Shown piece by piece: positions 1-12,699 of a stretch of DNA of 64,000 nucleotides. The position numbers and the translations under genes are program-made. Positions within the stretch are counted from its first letter, which is position 1. Every line of letters begins with the position of its first letter. This DNA is from Octopus bimaculoides (taxonomy: Eukaryota), in the NCBI RefSeq assembly GCF_001194135.2, contig NC_068985.1, forward strand, positions 116,024,057-116,088,056. Reading direction: 5' to 3'. The notes under the pieces are model-generated. The model was not told the DNA's origin and did no database searches. It was given only the letters and a program-made list of their open reading frames with translations.

Positions 1-28
1 AATGACGTTTCGCATGAACACTGAACAG

Positions 29-545
29 CTACTGCTGCTGCTGCTGATGCTGCTGATGCTGATGCTGATGACGATGATAATGATGATGATGATGGTGGTG
101 GTGATGGTACGATGGTGAGCGTAATGGTAATTGCGGGAATGGTGNNNNNNNNNNNNNNNNNNNNNNNNNNNNNNNNNNNNNNNNNNNNNNNNNNNNNNNN
201 NNNNNNNNNNNNNNNNNNNNNNNNNNNNNNNNNNNNNNNNNNNNNNNNNNNNNNNNNNNNNNNNNNNNNNNNNNNNNNNNNNNNNNNNNNNNNNNNNNNN
301 NNNNNNNNNNNNNNNNNNNNNNNNNNNNNNNNNNNNNNNNNNNNNNNNNNNNNTCACCACCATCAAAACTAACGCAACTACTGGTGTTTCTGCTGCCATT
401 ACTGAAGATGATGATGATGATGATGATGATAATGATGATGATGATGAGGAGGAGGAGGAGGAGGAGGAGGAGGAGGATGATGATGATGATGATGACGATG
501 ACGACGACGATGTTAATGACGATGATGATGATGATGATGATGATT
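29..545. repeat. Compound trinucleotide microsatellite (TGC/TGA/TGG; GAT/GAG/GAC), interrupted by a gap
   Basis: Visible triplet runs. Confidence 0.95.
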
Positions 546-577
546 TCAAATTTTGGCATTGCGGCCAGCAATTTGAG

Positions 578-686
578 TGAAGTTGTATAGTCGATTAGAT
601 CGGCCCCAGTATTCAACTGGTACTTATTTTATCGACCCCGAAAGGATAAAAGTGAAAGTCGACATGAGCTGAATTATATGATAATA

Positions 687-731
<45 letters not shown>

Positions 732-1068
732 GCAATAATCCTTTGTATTATAGGCACAAGGCCTGAAAATGTCGGGGAGGAGACTAGTCGATTACATTGA
801 CCCCAGCTTTTCACTGGAACTTAATTCACCGAACCCGAAACAATAAAAGGCAAAGTCGACCTCAGTGGAATTTGAAACTCATTGCTCAGTGTGCTAACGA
901 TTCTGCCAGCTCAACTACATCAACACCAGTATTTGACTGGTACGTATTTTATCGGCCTCAAAAAGACGAAAGGAGAAGATGGCCTCCGTGGAATTTGAAG
1001 AACGTGAACATGAACAAAATAGTGCAAAATATGTTTGCGGACGCGGTGACGATTCTGCCCGATCACCT
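578..1068 (-). mobile_element. Cluster of three partial SINE-1 copies (about 578-678, 737-913, 918-1068) with a (TAA)n run at 682-738
   Basis: Reverse complement of the family motifs GAGCTGGCAGAATCGTTAGC, TTCAAATTCC..GAGGTCGACTTTGCCTTT, GGGGTCGATAAAATAAGTACCAG. Confidence 0.85.
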
Positions 1069-1179
1069 TGTTAGACTCCCTTCAGTCACAAATTACGGTA
1101 GGATTGCATCTAGAATGTTCCTCTCCGAAGTACAAGTCAGGGCTAGTTTTAATTAATTTTTTTTTTTTTTTCATTTATG

Positions 1180-1300
1180 TCGCAACTCATTTCTACATAT
1201 CAGTGAACTGCAGCAACGAGAAATGAAGTGTCTTGCTGAAGATCACAACGCTCAGCTCGGTTCGGGAATCAAACTAACAACATCACGATTGTAAGCCCGA
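1180..1300 (-). mobile_element. SINE-3 (CORE-like) 5' fragment
   Basis: Matches the head region of the longer copy at 20065-20398 (AGTGTCTTGCT..CACAAC..GGGAATC.AACT..GATTGTAAGCCCGAC). Confidence 0.75.
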
Positions 1301-1366
1301 CGACGACGACGACGACGACGACAACTGCAGTGATGATGGTGGGGGTGATGATGATGATGATGATGA

Positions 1367-1399
<33 letters not shown>

Positions 1400-1480
1400 T
1401 GATGATGGTGATGATGACGACCACGAAGACGACGACAACGATGCTGTCGACAACGATGACGATGATGATGATGATGATTA
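1298..1480. repeat. (GAC)n/(GAT)n microsatellite
   Basis: Visible triplet runs. Confidence 0.95.
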
Positions 1481-2269
1481 TTATACAATCTTGTTATATT
1501 TTGACATCCTAAATAATCCTGCTCGGACTTCAAAATTCCGCTTCCAATTAGCCCACTCTGCATCCGTGACGATTGGTCAATCAGATTCGCGCTTAATCAA
1601 AGGAAAGTATTTGCGAACCCTCATCCTAAACCGTTTAAAACATCAAGTAAACAAACAGGAACCATATCCGTGATAAAATTTATATCCACTATCGTCGTCA
1701 ACAAATTTATCATTGAAGATCATTTTAACAGTTTGACTGGAGACCATATTTGAACCTTCGATACGTCCTTTCAACTCCATCATTGAAGTAATGATCATTA
1801 CCTGGAAACACTCGCGTAGTCCTTTAGACGCTTTGTTGCATGTAAAGTGACGAAAATGATAAGGAACATTGCCAAAAATTGCTTCATATCTACAATTGGT
1901 CTAATCTAAATTGATGTGCATGTTCAAAGTGATCTTCAAACAGAAGCCCTCATAAACTCAAATTCCGAAAGATCAGTATTCCCTCTGTCTATCTGTCTCT
2001 CTATATCGCTCTCACCTCTCTCACTCTCTCTGCCTGTCTCCGTCTNNNNNNNNNNTCACTCTCTCTGCCTGTCTCCGTCTCTGTCTCGGTCTCGGTGCCT
2101 TTCTCTCACTCTCTCTCTCTCATTGTCTATCTATCTATTTCTGTCTCACCTGTCTCTCTCTGACCATGCTTCGCTCTCTCGTTCAGACACATATAGCTTC
2201 CAGGATTTATTTCCTCTTCCTCCAATAGCTTACCAACAAACACTGCCTTCATCAATAACAGCTGCGGTT

Positions 2270-2660
2270 GCGTACTGAAGTAGCATAATTTCGAACCGCG
2301 TGGTCTTGGGTTCACACCCTCACCGCAGTAACATTGGGAAAGTGTCTTCTACAATTGCTTCGGGTTGACCAAAGTCTTGTGAACGGATTTTGTAGATAAA
2401 AACAAAAAGAAGCCGCGTGCTTACAGAAATGTTGGCACGTCGGGCGAAATGCTTAGCGGTATTCCGCCTGACTTTATGTTCTGAGTTCAAATTCCGCCGA
2501 GGTCGACTTTGCCTTTCATCCTTTCGGGGTCGTTAAATTAAGTACCAGTTACGCACTGAGGTCGATGTAATCGACTTAATCCCTTTGTCTGTCCTTGTTT
2601 GTCCCCTCTATGTTTAGCCCCTTGTGGGCAATAAAGAAATAAGAATCTAAAAGAAGCCCA

Positions 2661-2695
<35 letters not shown>

Positions 2696-2790
2696 TGTGT
2701 GTGCGTGTGTGTGTGTGAATGCGAAAGGACGTGGAAGCGTGTTTTCTCGTTTATTTTAGTATGTTATCTGTCCTCCTTCACCGCTTGACG
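2270..2790 (+). mobile_element. Degenerate SINE-4 with internal (GT)n, interrupted by a nested SINE-1
   Basis: GGGTTCA..CC B-box-like motif, TTGGGAAAGTGTCTTCTAC, GACCAAAGTCTTGTGA, then AAAAGAAGCC and (GT)n, CGCTTGAC. Confidence 0.65.
2425..2645 (+). mobile_element. SINE-1, tail type A
   Basis: GTTCTGAGTTCAAATTCCGCCGAGGTCGACTTTGCCTTTCATCCTTTCGGGGTCG body; tail ATCCCTTTGTCTGTCCTTGTTTGTCCCCTCTATGTTTAGCCCCTTGTGGGCAATAAAGAAATAA. Confidence 0.9.
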
Positions 2791-3057
2791 GGGAGTGTTA
2801 ACTTACTTTATGTCCCAGTAACTTAGCAATGGAAACTGATTGAATAAGTACAACATTTTTAGCAACGAAAAAAAAACCGTAATGGATTCCATTTGCTCGA
2901 CTACACCCTTGAAGGAAACTGCATCCCAGTGAATAACATAAATAAGAGATAAATGATAAAATGCACAAGTAAACTGAGTTATACATTTGGCTCCCTCAGA
3001 ACAAGGAAACCTGTCTGGAAACATTTCATACTCCTTAAAACATGTTAGCAACATAAC

Positions 3058-3271
3058 AGTTTCAGATTTTGGCACAAAGCCCGAAAATTCGGGGGAAAGA
3101 GTGTGCCTATTGTAACGACTCCTGTACTCAACTGGTACTTATTTTATCGACCCCGAAAAAATAAAAGGCGAATTCGATGTCGGTGGAGTTTGAACTCAGA
3201 AAGGAAATACGGACGAAATACCGTTAAGTATTCTCGCCCGCGTGCTAAGGATTCTACCAACACGCAGCCTT
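3058..3271 (-). mobile_element. SINE-1, tail type B
   Basis: Reverse complement of the family consensus seen in the other copies. Confidence 0.85.
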
Positions 3272-3906
3272 GTATGCTAGCAGCATATTAGGAACTAATA
3301 TAAAGAGCTGGAAATTATATGAAGATGGAATTGCCACAATTGTAGAGTTCCTAATCATTGGACTGATCGATAGGGATTACACTAAGCTACACATCAACAA
3401 CTAGAACATGTAATAGAAACGGCATATTCGTTTTAGAAAGGGAAAGGGAGATGACATACTTTGAACGGATTATAGATAATCTGGGAGAATTTCTCAGTTC
3501 ACGATTGAAGCGCTTGGGTTTCATTTTATGATGACAACGAAAACATTACGTATGTATGTATACCGAAATAACTCACCCTATACATGGCGTGCCTCTGTAT
3601 GTGGATTTATGCACGTGCATATATATATANNNNNNNNNNNNNNNNNNNNNNNNNNNNNNNNNNNNNNNNNNNNNNNNNNNNNNNNNNNNNNNNNNNNNNN
3701 NNNNNNNNNNNNNNNNNNNNNNNNNNNNNNNNNNNNNNNNNNNNNNNNNNNNNNNNNNNNNNNNNNNNNNNNNNNNNNNNNNNNNNNNNNNNNNNNNNNN
3801 NNNNNNNNNNNNNNNNNNNNNNNNNNNNNNNNNNNNNNNNNNNNNNNNNNNNNNNNNNNNNNNNNNNNNNNNNNNNNNNNNNNNNNNNNNNNNNNNNNNN
3901 NNNNNN

Positions 3907-4036
3907 GTTTTTAACTTTAAAATTTTCATATTCAAAAGAGACAGAGACTTCAAACTCTATAGAGTGGTGAATAAATCGATATATCGAGTTTGAAGTCTCT
4001 GTCTTTTTTGAATATGAAAATTGAAAAGTTAAAAAC
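3907..4036. repeat. About 50-bp inverted repeat (fold-back)
   Basis: GTTTTTAACTTT..TTTTCATATTCAAAAGAGACAGAGACTTCAAACTC (3907-3957) versus GAGTTTGAAGTCTCTGTCTTTTTTGAATATGAAAATTGAAAAGTTAAAAAC (3986-4036); few mismatches. Confidence 0.9.
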
Positions 4037-5142
4037 CTTATAATATAAATATAAACTGTGAGAACGACCCTTAAGGTATCTAGTTAATGATCCCCTAAGG
4101 TAAGTTCTTATGCTATATTGGTAACGGTTGCTACATCCTCTGAAAAATTATTATAATATATATATATATATATATGCCCTTATTGACCATTATATTTTTC
4201 AAACATTTGTTTATTTTTTATTCTGTTCTTCTAGCTTCACCATTCGTTCCAAATTACATCTACACTGTGTTAACTTGTGATTCTGAAATGGTAATGTAAC
4301 CTTCATGTAATTAAGATATCCTCAGTGATGAGTACCCCTCATTATGTAATGACTACATCAGAGGATCTGCTGATACGGAAATATATGTAGCCTAGATTTT
4401 ACCTGTCACACTCCCTCGGCTATATATTTTCGTTTTGGAATTAGTTCTCGGAGAACATCAATACTATGAGTAATAGGATGTAGATCTTGAGTTGAAGAAA
4501 TGTTTTTGGATAGAAAGACTCAACGGCCGTCAATGGAACTGGAACTCACATCTCCTCCAGTCATGACACCGAGTCCTACAGACAACCTTCGACTTTTTCA
4601 GCCGATATTTAAATGCAGCATTGATGTGCGTCGAGAATCAATTAAAAGAAATATATATATATATATATATATANNNNNNNNNNNNNNNNNNNNNNNNNNN
4701 NNNNNNNNNNNNNNNNNNNNNNNNNNNNNNNNNNNNNNNNNNNNNNNNNNNNNNNNNNNNNNNNNNNNNNNNNNNNNNNNNNNNNNNNNNNNNNNNNNNN
4801 NNNNNNNNNNNNNNNNNNNNNNNNNNNNNNNNNNNNNNNNNNNNNNNNNNNNNNNNNNNNNNNNNNNNNNNNNNNNNNNNNNNNNNNNNNNNNNNNNNNN
4901 NNNNNNNNNNNNNNNNNNNNNNNNNNNNNNNNNNNNNNNNNNNNNNNNNNNNNNNNNNNNNNNNNNNNNNNNNNNNNNNNNNNNNNNNNNNNNNNNNNNN
5001 NNNNNNNNNNNNNNNNNNNNNNNNNNNNNNNNNNNNNNNNNNNNNNNNNNNNNNNNNNNNNNNNNNNNNNNNNNNNNNNNNNNNNNNNNNNNNNNNNNNN
5101 NGCGTCTTTGTATTAAAAAAACTATGAATAAGCCATGAAGAA

Positions 5143-5182
<40 letters not shown>

Positions 5183-5629
5183 GTTTATCAATTCGTTTTG
5201 CAAGTTTCCTGGTGTGAAATCGTGGGTCGAAACAGATATTGTTGTATTTCTGAATGGTGTGGTGTTGCGTGTTACTGTTCCATGCATTTTATTTACTAAA
5301 AAAGAAAACAGAAATAGAGTAACAGTTCCTGTATTCCTCTGTGTATGTGTATTCGTCCATGGCGTTGCGATCGCGGTAGTTGTTGTTGTTGCTATTGCTA
5401 TCGTCGGCACCGCCGCTGCTGCTGACCGTGTTAGTTGTGTTGTTGACATCATATGGCCGTTTCATGTGTGTGTGTTTGTGTGTGTATTGGTTTGCTTTGT
5501 ATCTATCCATGCTCTTTATATAGTTTTTTTTTTTACTTATATTATCTGCCTCTGCCTTACAATCCTCACAGGTATGTGGCAGATATATTTATATATCTAT
5601 TTATCTATTCATGTTGAACTTAGCGTTGT

Positions 5630-6490
5630 TTCACAATCGCTGCGTTCTTTTGAACAGGGTACTTAGAGACCATGGGTTTGGCATAATGATAGTGTAGGAT
5701 CTAGACCTTACCCTTCTTCGTTTCTAGCCAGAGTTCAATGTCTAAAACGGGTAATATAGAGTTAGGGTGCTTACTAGGGTAGACTATCGTTATTTTTATA
5801 CTCTGGTGGATGGAGATGGTTAATTGCTGGATGCTCTCCATGGTGTTAGCTTCTAGATCATCAACATTGTATTGTAAGGGTGCTCTGGTTACTGTGTTGA
5901 TATCGTCGACATAGCGGTAGTAAAAAGGGTTGGTTAATTGAGTTCTCTGCTAATTTCTCTTTAGGTTTCCTATCCACCATGCCACATCGTCAGCAATACT
6001 GACACCTATGGCTGCACCTCCCTCTCGGAAGGTGTATCTTGTTATTAAACTTAAATATATGGCCTTCGAGTGTGGTCTTGGCACTCGCGCCCACCGCATG
6101 TGCGACCATCTTTTTAAGATGATCATTATTTTCGGAGGTCCGTATAGCACTGGTCCACCCGTTGCATCTCTCTTTAGAGGAGGGTCTTCTTGGCCATAGA
6201 AGTTACAGTGGGGTTTCAACCTCTTACCGATCTAGTGGGGCAGAAACAACTAAGGTCATGTTTATCTAAGTACTCATTGTCGCATGTCAGTCTCAGGAGG
6301 TAACTTGCTTCTTTAGTGTCAACACCAACCGAAGCCACATCACTCTCACTGATCACCTCCACACATTTTTCCACAGCAAAATCAACGTCAATGTATGTGT
6401 TTAGGAACACTACGTCCATACTCCCTATTATGCATCCCGTCAAGTCGTGGGCATCCATGATATGTATTCTTTTTCTGTTCATTTGTTTGC
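5630..6490 (-). mobile_element. Penelope-like element reverse transcriptase fragment (frameshifted)
   Basis: Translates to IIGSMDVVFL..IDVDFAVEKC, then EGGAAIGVSIADDVAWW, then FYYRYVDDI, then SIHQSIKITIVYPSKHPNSILPVLDIELW and HYHYAKPMVSK; RT motifs typical of PLEs. Confidence 0.8.
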
Positions 6491-7057
6491 AGCTGTTTTT
6501 CAGTTCTATGAAAGTAAGCCAGTAAATCGTGAATGTACTTTTACATTGTTATCACAGATTATATGGTTCTCTGTAGAAAAACAAAGGTATAAACAACTAA
6601 ACAATGTGTACATAGCAGGATAACAAAACGTGTTATAACTTCTTATAAATACCTCTCACGTTACGTGCATTTCATTTGTCTCTCACTTTAACATCCGATT
6701 TATGTATACTAATATATATATACAGACACACGCTCACACACACGCACACACACACGAGTAGGTATTACTTGAAACGGTAATGAATTTGTAAGTATATAGA
6801 TACTTATTTTATTAATTACCAACTTCCTTTAGAGCTATATATGTTAGTACCATTGCTCTTTGTAGCTGGAGAAATGGTTTTCCGTAATGTTTTAAAGCGC
6901 TAGTATTGATCAAAATATAAACATTTATGTCACTTATTGAATACAAATATAGATAGTGGTTATTTGAAATTTACCCAAAGGAAACCTTAATATCAGCTGA
7001 ACTACAAACACATTGGCATGTGATATTTATTTTCGTTTATCTTTTATCTTTTACATA

Positions 7058-7225
7058 TTTCAGTCATTGCATTGTGGCCATGCTGGGGCACGGCCTTGAT
7101 GTGATTTAGTCGAATAACTCGACCCTAGTAATTACACCGTTTTACGTCTGGTGCTTATTCTATTGGACCCTTTTGCCGTAATGCATAACAACGGGGACGC
7201 AAACAAACCAACTCTGGTTGTCACG
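7058..7225 (-). mobile_element. SINE-4 3' fragment
   Basis: TTTCAGTCATT..GTGGCCATGCTGGGGCAC..TTAGTCGAA..CGACCC matches the family tail. Confidence 0.7.
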
Positions 7226-8160
7226 TGTTGTTGGGAGAAAAAAACATAGATACAAAAAGGCACAGACACACACACACACACACAAATACATATACATATA
7301 CATACATGGTACATGCTTTCATGTATTTCTGTGTTTATGAAATTCACTCAAAAGGCATTGATCTGATTGGAGTTATAGTACATGTTACTTGACCAAGTCA
7401 CTACGCCGTGGAACTCAGCTCAACCGATGTAGCTGCATAGCAGGAATCTAAACTTCACAGCTATTGCAGTTTCAAATTTCTACTTTCTTTCATCCGGGAG
7501 TTAAGAAATTATATACCAGTCAAGAAATCAGGATCATGTATACTATAATCTTCTTCCTCCTCAATGCTACAATTACGCATAATTGTAAATATATAGTAGA
7601 TGACATTACCAGTGGAACACCAGAAGATATGATGCGGCATAATCCGTTCTCTCAGATCAGCATTTTCGACGTTGAAACGTAATTTCAATGGAATGTAAAC
7701 AATTTCTACAAAATAGGCCCCTGGGGTAAACACTTCATGGTCGACTTCTCCGTGGATATTTCAAATCTTAAGTCAATTCCAATTAAAAACATTCTGCAAA
7801 TGTATCCCTTCCCCGTTCGGAGTAACCACAACAACAACAACAACATCATTGCAGCATTTAGTAACGCTCCTTTAGATTATTAACAGTAAAATTCCGCTGG
7901 GAACGATTTTGTCGTTCACCTTTCATGGGTTACAGAAAGTGCACTTCTAATATCCCGTTTTAATTACACCTATGCAAAACTCTATTTTCCTCAATGAGTC
8001 CTTTTGCCGGTTTCAGACAATAGTATCTCTTTGTAATTTCTATACAAATATACAACGAGATACTCTTAGTATCTCTTTGTTTCCCCACCTCATCCATATC
8101 TCTTCACGCGTATGCATCGTATACATGTACATTTGTACGTACATGGAAACACATACACAC

Positions 8161-8173
8161 AGTAATAATAATG

Positions 8174-8235
<62 letters not shown>

Positions 8236-8337
8236 AAGAAGAAGAAAAAGAAGAAGAAGGAGAAGAAGAAGAAGAAGAAGAACAAGAAGAAGAAGAAGAA
8301 GAAGAAGGAGAAGAAGAAGAAGAAGAAGAAGAAGAAG

Positions 8338-8369
<32 letters not shown>

Positions 8370-8515
8370 GAAGGAGAAGGACAAGAAGAAGAAGAAGAAC
8401 AAGAACAAGAAGAACAACAACAACAACATCAACAAGGAAAAAAAGATGCATCTTATATATATATACATATATATACATATATATACACACACATATATAT
8501 ATATATATGCATATG

Positions 8516-8560
<45 letters not shown>
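8161..8560. repeat. (AAT)n-(AAG)n-(TA)n-(TG)n compound microsatellite
   Basis: Visible repeats. Confidence 0.95.
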
Positions 8561-8563
<3 letters not shown>

Positions 8564-8579
8564 CGATAACCTTACAAAA

Positions 8580-9075
8580 ATCTCCTACTATAGCCTCGGT
8601 CCAACCAAAGACCTGTCAGTGGATTTGGAAGATGGAAACGAAANNNNNNNNNNNNNNNNNNNNNNNNNNNNNNNNNNNNNNNNNNNNNNNNNNNNNNNNN
8701 NNNNNNNNNNNNNNNNNNNNNNNNNNNNNNNNNNNNNNNNNNNNNNNNNNNNNNNNNNNNNNNNNNNNNNNNNNNNNNNNNNNNNNNNNNNNNNNNNNNN
8801 NNNNNNNNNNNNNNNNNNNNNNNNNNNNNNNNNNNNNNNNNNNNNNNNNNNNNNNNNNNNNNNNNNNNNNNNNNNNNNTGTGTGTGTGTGTGTGTGTGTG
8901 TGTGTATGGATGCGTGTGTGTGTATGGATGTGTGTGTTTGTACCCTTGCCGTCGCTTGACAACCGATGCTATTCTGTTTATGTCCCCGTAACTTAATGGT
9001 TCGGCTAAGAAGACATTAAGGTGGTGTTCTAGCATGGCCACAGTCAAATGGTTGGAACAAATAAAAGAATCAAAG
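8580..9075 (+). mobile_element. SINE-4 with an assembly gap in its internal microsatellite
   Basis: CTACTATAGCCTCGG..ACCAAAG..GTGGATTTGG..GGAAAC before the gap; CGCTTGACAACCGATG..GTCCCCGTAACTTA..GGTTCGGC..AGCATGGCCACAGTCAAATG after it. Confidence 0.85.
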
Positions 9076-9139
9076 TATAAAGGTTAAGCTTCGCCTAAAG
9101 TTTGGAAAATATATATATATATATATATTCTCTGTGGAG

Positions 9140-9432
9140 GCATATGCTTCCCAATCACTTGGTTCCAGTTTCAGTCCCCCTGCGTGGCATTTGTGAGTCG
9201 ATTTCGTTGATGGAAACTGATAGAAGGTCGTTGTAAATATCTACATGTGTGTGTGTGTATGTATTTGCGTCTGTTTGTCCACCACCACAACTTGACCACC
9301 GTTGTTGGCGTATTTACGTCAACGTAGATGACCAAATAATACTTGGGTCGATTCGTTGAACTAAAATTCTTCACTTCAGTGCATTACTCCAGCATGGCCT
9401 CAGTCTAAAGAGTGATACAAGTATAAGATAAA
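9140..9432 (+). mobile_element. SINE-4, degenerate
   Basis: GCTTCCCAATCAC..GGTTCC..TTCAGTCCC.CTGCGTGGCA head; CTCCAGCATGGCC.CAGTC tail. Confidence 0.75.
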
Positions 9433-9540
9433 ATATACACACACACACACACACACTCACATACACACCTACACACACACACACACACATGTATGCATGA
9501 TTGGTTGGACGACTGAATGGCTAAGCAGATTTATAGAAGG

Positions 9541-9584
9541 ATGGATGGATGGATGGATGGATGGATGGATGGATGGATGGATGG
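9541..9584. repeat. (GATG)n microsatellite
   Basis: Visible repeat. Confidence 0.95.
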
Positions 9585-9654
9585 GCAGGTGCATGGGGGG
9601 ATAGAAACATGTCTATGTGTTTGTGCTCGTACTGTACCTCTACAACACATGGCA

Positions 9655-9812
9655 ACTCTTATTGGTTTGTTTCTGCCACCGTAACTTAGTGGTTCGATAA
9701 ACGAGAAGATGGAAGCATTACCACTCGCTAGAATATCGACTAAAACCTGATTTGTAGTGCTCCAGCATGGCCGGATAGACGCAGGTGAATGACTGAAATA
9801 AATAAATGATAA
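9655..9812 (+). mobile_element. SINE-4 3' fragment
   Basis: CCGTAACTTAGTGGTTCG..GTGCTCCAGCATGGCCG..AATGACTGAAA. Confidence 0.7.
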
Positions 9813-10616
9813 AATGTAATACGTAATACTAGTCGTACTAGTATAACACATTAATTACCCCCATTCTATGTCCAGAAGATATAAATTATATCAGCCCAAT
9901 CATGTTTAAATAAATTTTAAATGTAAAATGTCCTACTTGATAAATTAAAATTGAATACACTCACACACCACACACGCGCACTCGCAGGCGCATATGCATA
10001 TTACAAGAATAACACAGATTTGAAATTTTAACAGATTTGGAAATTTTCAACGAAAGCGTTACAAGGCTCAACAAAAATAATTTCACGCGGTGATCAGTCA
10101 TTCTATTAACAACAGCTTTATTCACTCATTTCTTTCGGGTGGAAAAAAAACGAAAAAAGGAGATATAATTCATTCACAAGGGAGCATATTATTTTGATTG
10201 GGTAATTCAGTATATTTCTATTTACGAATAAATAAATACATAAATAAAATCAATTTGATTGGTGATTCATTATCGAATAATAAAAAGAAAAGAAACACAA
10301 ACGAACAACAGTATTGAGTGTTTATAACAGTAAAAATACAGAGAAAACAATGGCAAATACGAACTAACAATAATTCGACTTCAAAAAGTGAAAGCAATAT
10401 ATAGGAAAAAAAAACAGATGTCTCCTATTATTATGATTAATTATCATCTAGAGATAAAATATACATAAAAATGGCAGAATCGCTAAAATGTAAATAGTGC
10501 AAATCAGCTGAGGTATACAGTAGGGTGGTTAGTGTTCGTGAGCCCAAGTGAATGGACGGAATTTGAAAGAAAGACGTATATGATATTAATGGAGAGGAGA
10601 AATTTACGCAAGCGCA

Positions 10617-11642
10617 GTATGTATGTATGTATGTATGTATGTATGTATGTATGTATGTACGTATGTATATGTATGTATGTACGTATGTATGTGTGTATGT
10701 ATCTATGTATGTATGTATGCATTTATGCATGTATGCATACTTGTATTTATATATATATATATATATATACATATATANNNNNNNNNNNNNNNNNNNNNNN
10801 NNNNNNNNNNNNNNNNNNNNNNNNNNNNNNNNNNNNNNNNNNNNNNNNNNNNNNNNNNNNNNNNNNNNNNNNNNNNNNNNNNNNNNNNNNNNNNNNNNNN
10901 NNNNNNNNNNNNNNNNNNNNNNNNNNNNNNNNNNNNNNNNNNNNNNNNNNNNNNNNNNNNNNNNNNNNNNNNNNNNNNNNNNNNNNNNNNNNNNNNNNNN
11001 NNNNNNNNNNNNNNNNNNNNNNNNNNNNNNNNNNNNNNNNNNNNNNNNNNNNNNNNNNNNNNNNNNNNNNNNNNNNNNNNNNNNNNNNNNNNNNNNNNNN
11101 NNNNNNNNNNNNNNNNNNNNNNNNNNNNNNNNNNNNNNNNNNNNNNNNNNNNNNNNNNNNNNNNNNNNNNNNNNNNNNNNNNNNNNNNNNNNNNNNNNNN
11201 NNNNNNNNNNNNNNNNNNNNNNNNNNNNNNNNNNNNNNNNNNNNNNNNNNNNNNNNNNNNNNNNNNNNNNNNNNNNNNNNNNNNNNNNNNNNNNNNNNNN
11301 NNNNNNNNNNNNNNNNNNNNNNNNNNNNNNNNNNNNNNNNNNNNNNNNNNNNNNNNNNNNNNNNNNNNNNNNNNNNNNNNNNNNNNNNNNNNNNNNNNNN
11401 NNNNNNNNNNNNNNNNNNNNNNNNNNNNNNNNNNNNNNNNNNNNNNNNNNNNNNNNNNNNNNNNNNNNNNNNNNNNNNNNNNNNNNNNNNNNNNNNNNNN
11501 NNNNNNNNNNNNNNNNNNNNNNNNNNNNNNNNNNNNNNNNNNNNNNNNNNNNNNNNNNNNNNNNNNNNNNNNNNNNNNNNNNNNNNNNNNNNNNNNNNNN
11601 NNNNNNNNNNNNNNNNNNNNNNNNNNNNNNNNNNNNNNNNNN

Positions 11643-11711
<69 letters not shown>
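10617..11711. repeat. (GTAT)n/(TA)n, gap, then (TG)n
   Basis: Visible repeats flanking a gap. Confidence 0.9.
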
Positions 11712-11979
11712 AGTGAAGAAGTCAAGACCCTACAAGTACAAATATGTATAGCTTGGCATTACTTCAAGCTCAGCAACAGGAGTTCAATTCCCAGTGTGAA
11801 TCCAGTTCTTGTTTACTGATACCTACGTCATTTGTGATTGTATTCTTCCACATATAATCATGCCGAGTGTTTGATGCGAAGTCAATGAACGTTTTCAACA
11901 CAGTAATATTTCGGGACGCAAAATTGAATTTTATAGAAATTGAGTCAAATTCTATGAAAACTGATAATGATATATTTTA

Positions 11980-12197
11980 CTTTTACTTGATTCAGTCATT
12001 AGATTACGGCCATACTGAGGCACAACCTTGAAGAAACCTAGTCAAACGAATTGACCCCATATACTTGCTTTTCTGTTTGTTTTCTTCTTCTTTTAAACTC
12101 GTACTTCCATTATTACCTATTACCGAATCGGTTGATAGCCGGTGTTGAAGTAAAAACGTCAACAGCAGTTCTCAAGCGGTGCGAAGATGCACACACA

Positions 12198-12242
<45 letters not shown>

Positions 12243-12404
12243 ATACACAACACACATACAGACATAAACACACTTACATACACACATACACACAAACACA
12301 TACACACATACAGACACTGACGTTGATGTACACACGCACGCACACACATACACACAAACACACACAATGACACACACACACAATGACACACACACACACA
12401 CACA

Positions 12405-12445
<41 letters not shown>
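11980..12445 (-). mobile_element. SINE-4 3' part plus (CA)n/(TA)n tract
   Basis: TTCAGTCATT..GCGG/ACGGCCATACTGAGGCAC..TAGTC.AAC.AAT.GACCCC, TCAAGCGG, then a CA-rich tract. Confidence 0.6.
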
Positions 12446-12699
12446 GTTGTGTGAACACAAATGTAAAAATAGACATTTCAAGCATATGTGAAGGCCTACT
12501 TCAGGAAAATACAATCAAAGTTTAGAGAGAGAAGTGGGAAAAGGAAGATTTAACTCCTCAACGATAGGAGAGAAGTGCTCTTTGGTTCACCACTTATAAA
12601 TTTAATTTCAAAAACGAATATAGAACAGATAACCCATTCACGAAGAAAATCAAAATTCAAAAATTTCATTCTGAAGCGACGAAACAATTAGCAAAAAGT

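Noticed and set aside
12665-12690. CTGAAGCGACGAAAC near the Penelope fragment
   Set aside because: Core mismatch and no helices.
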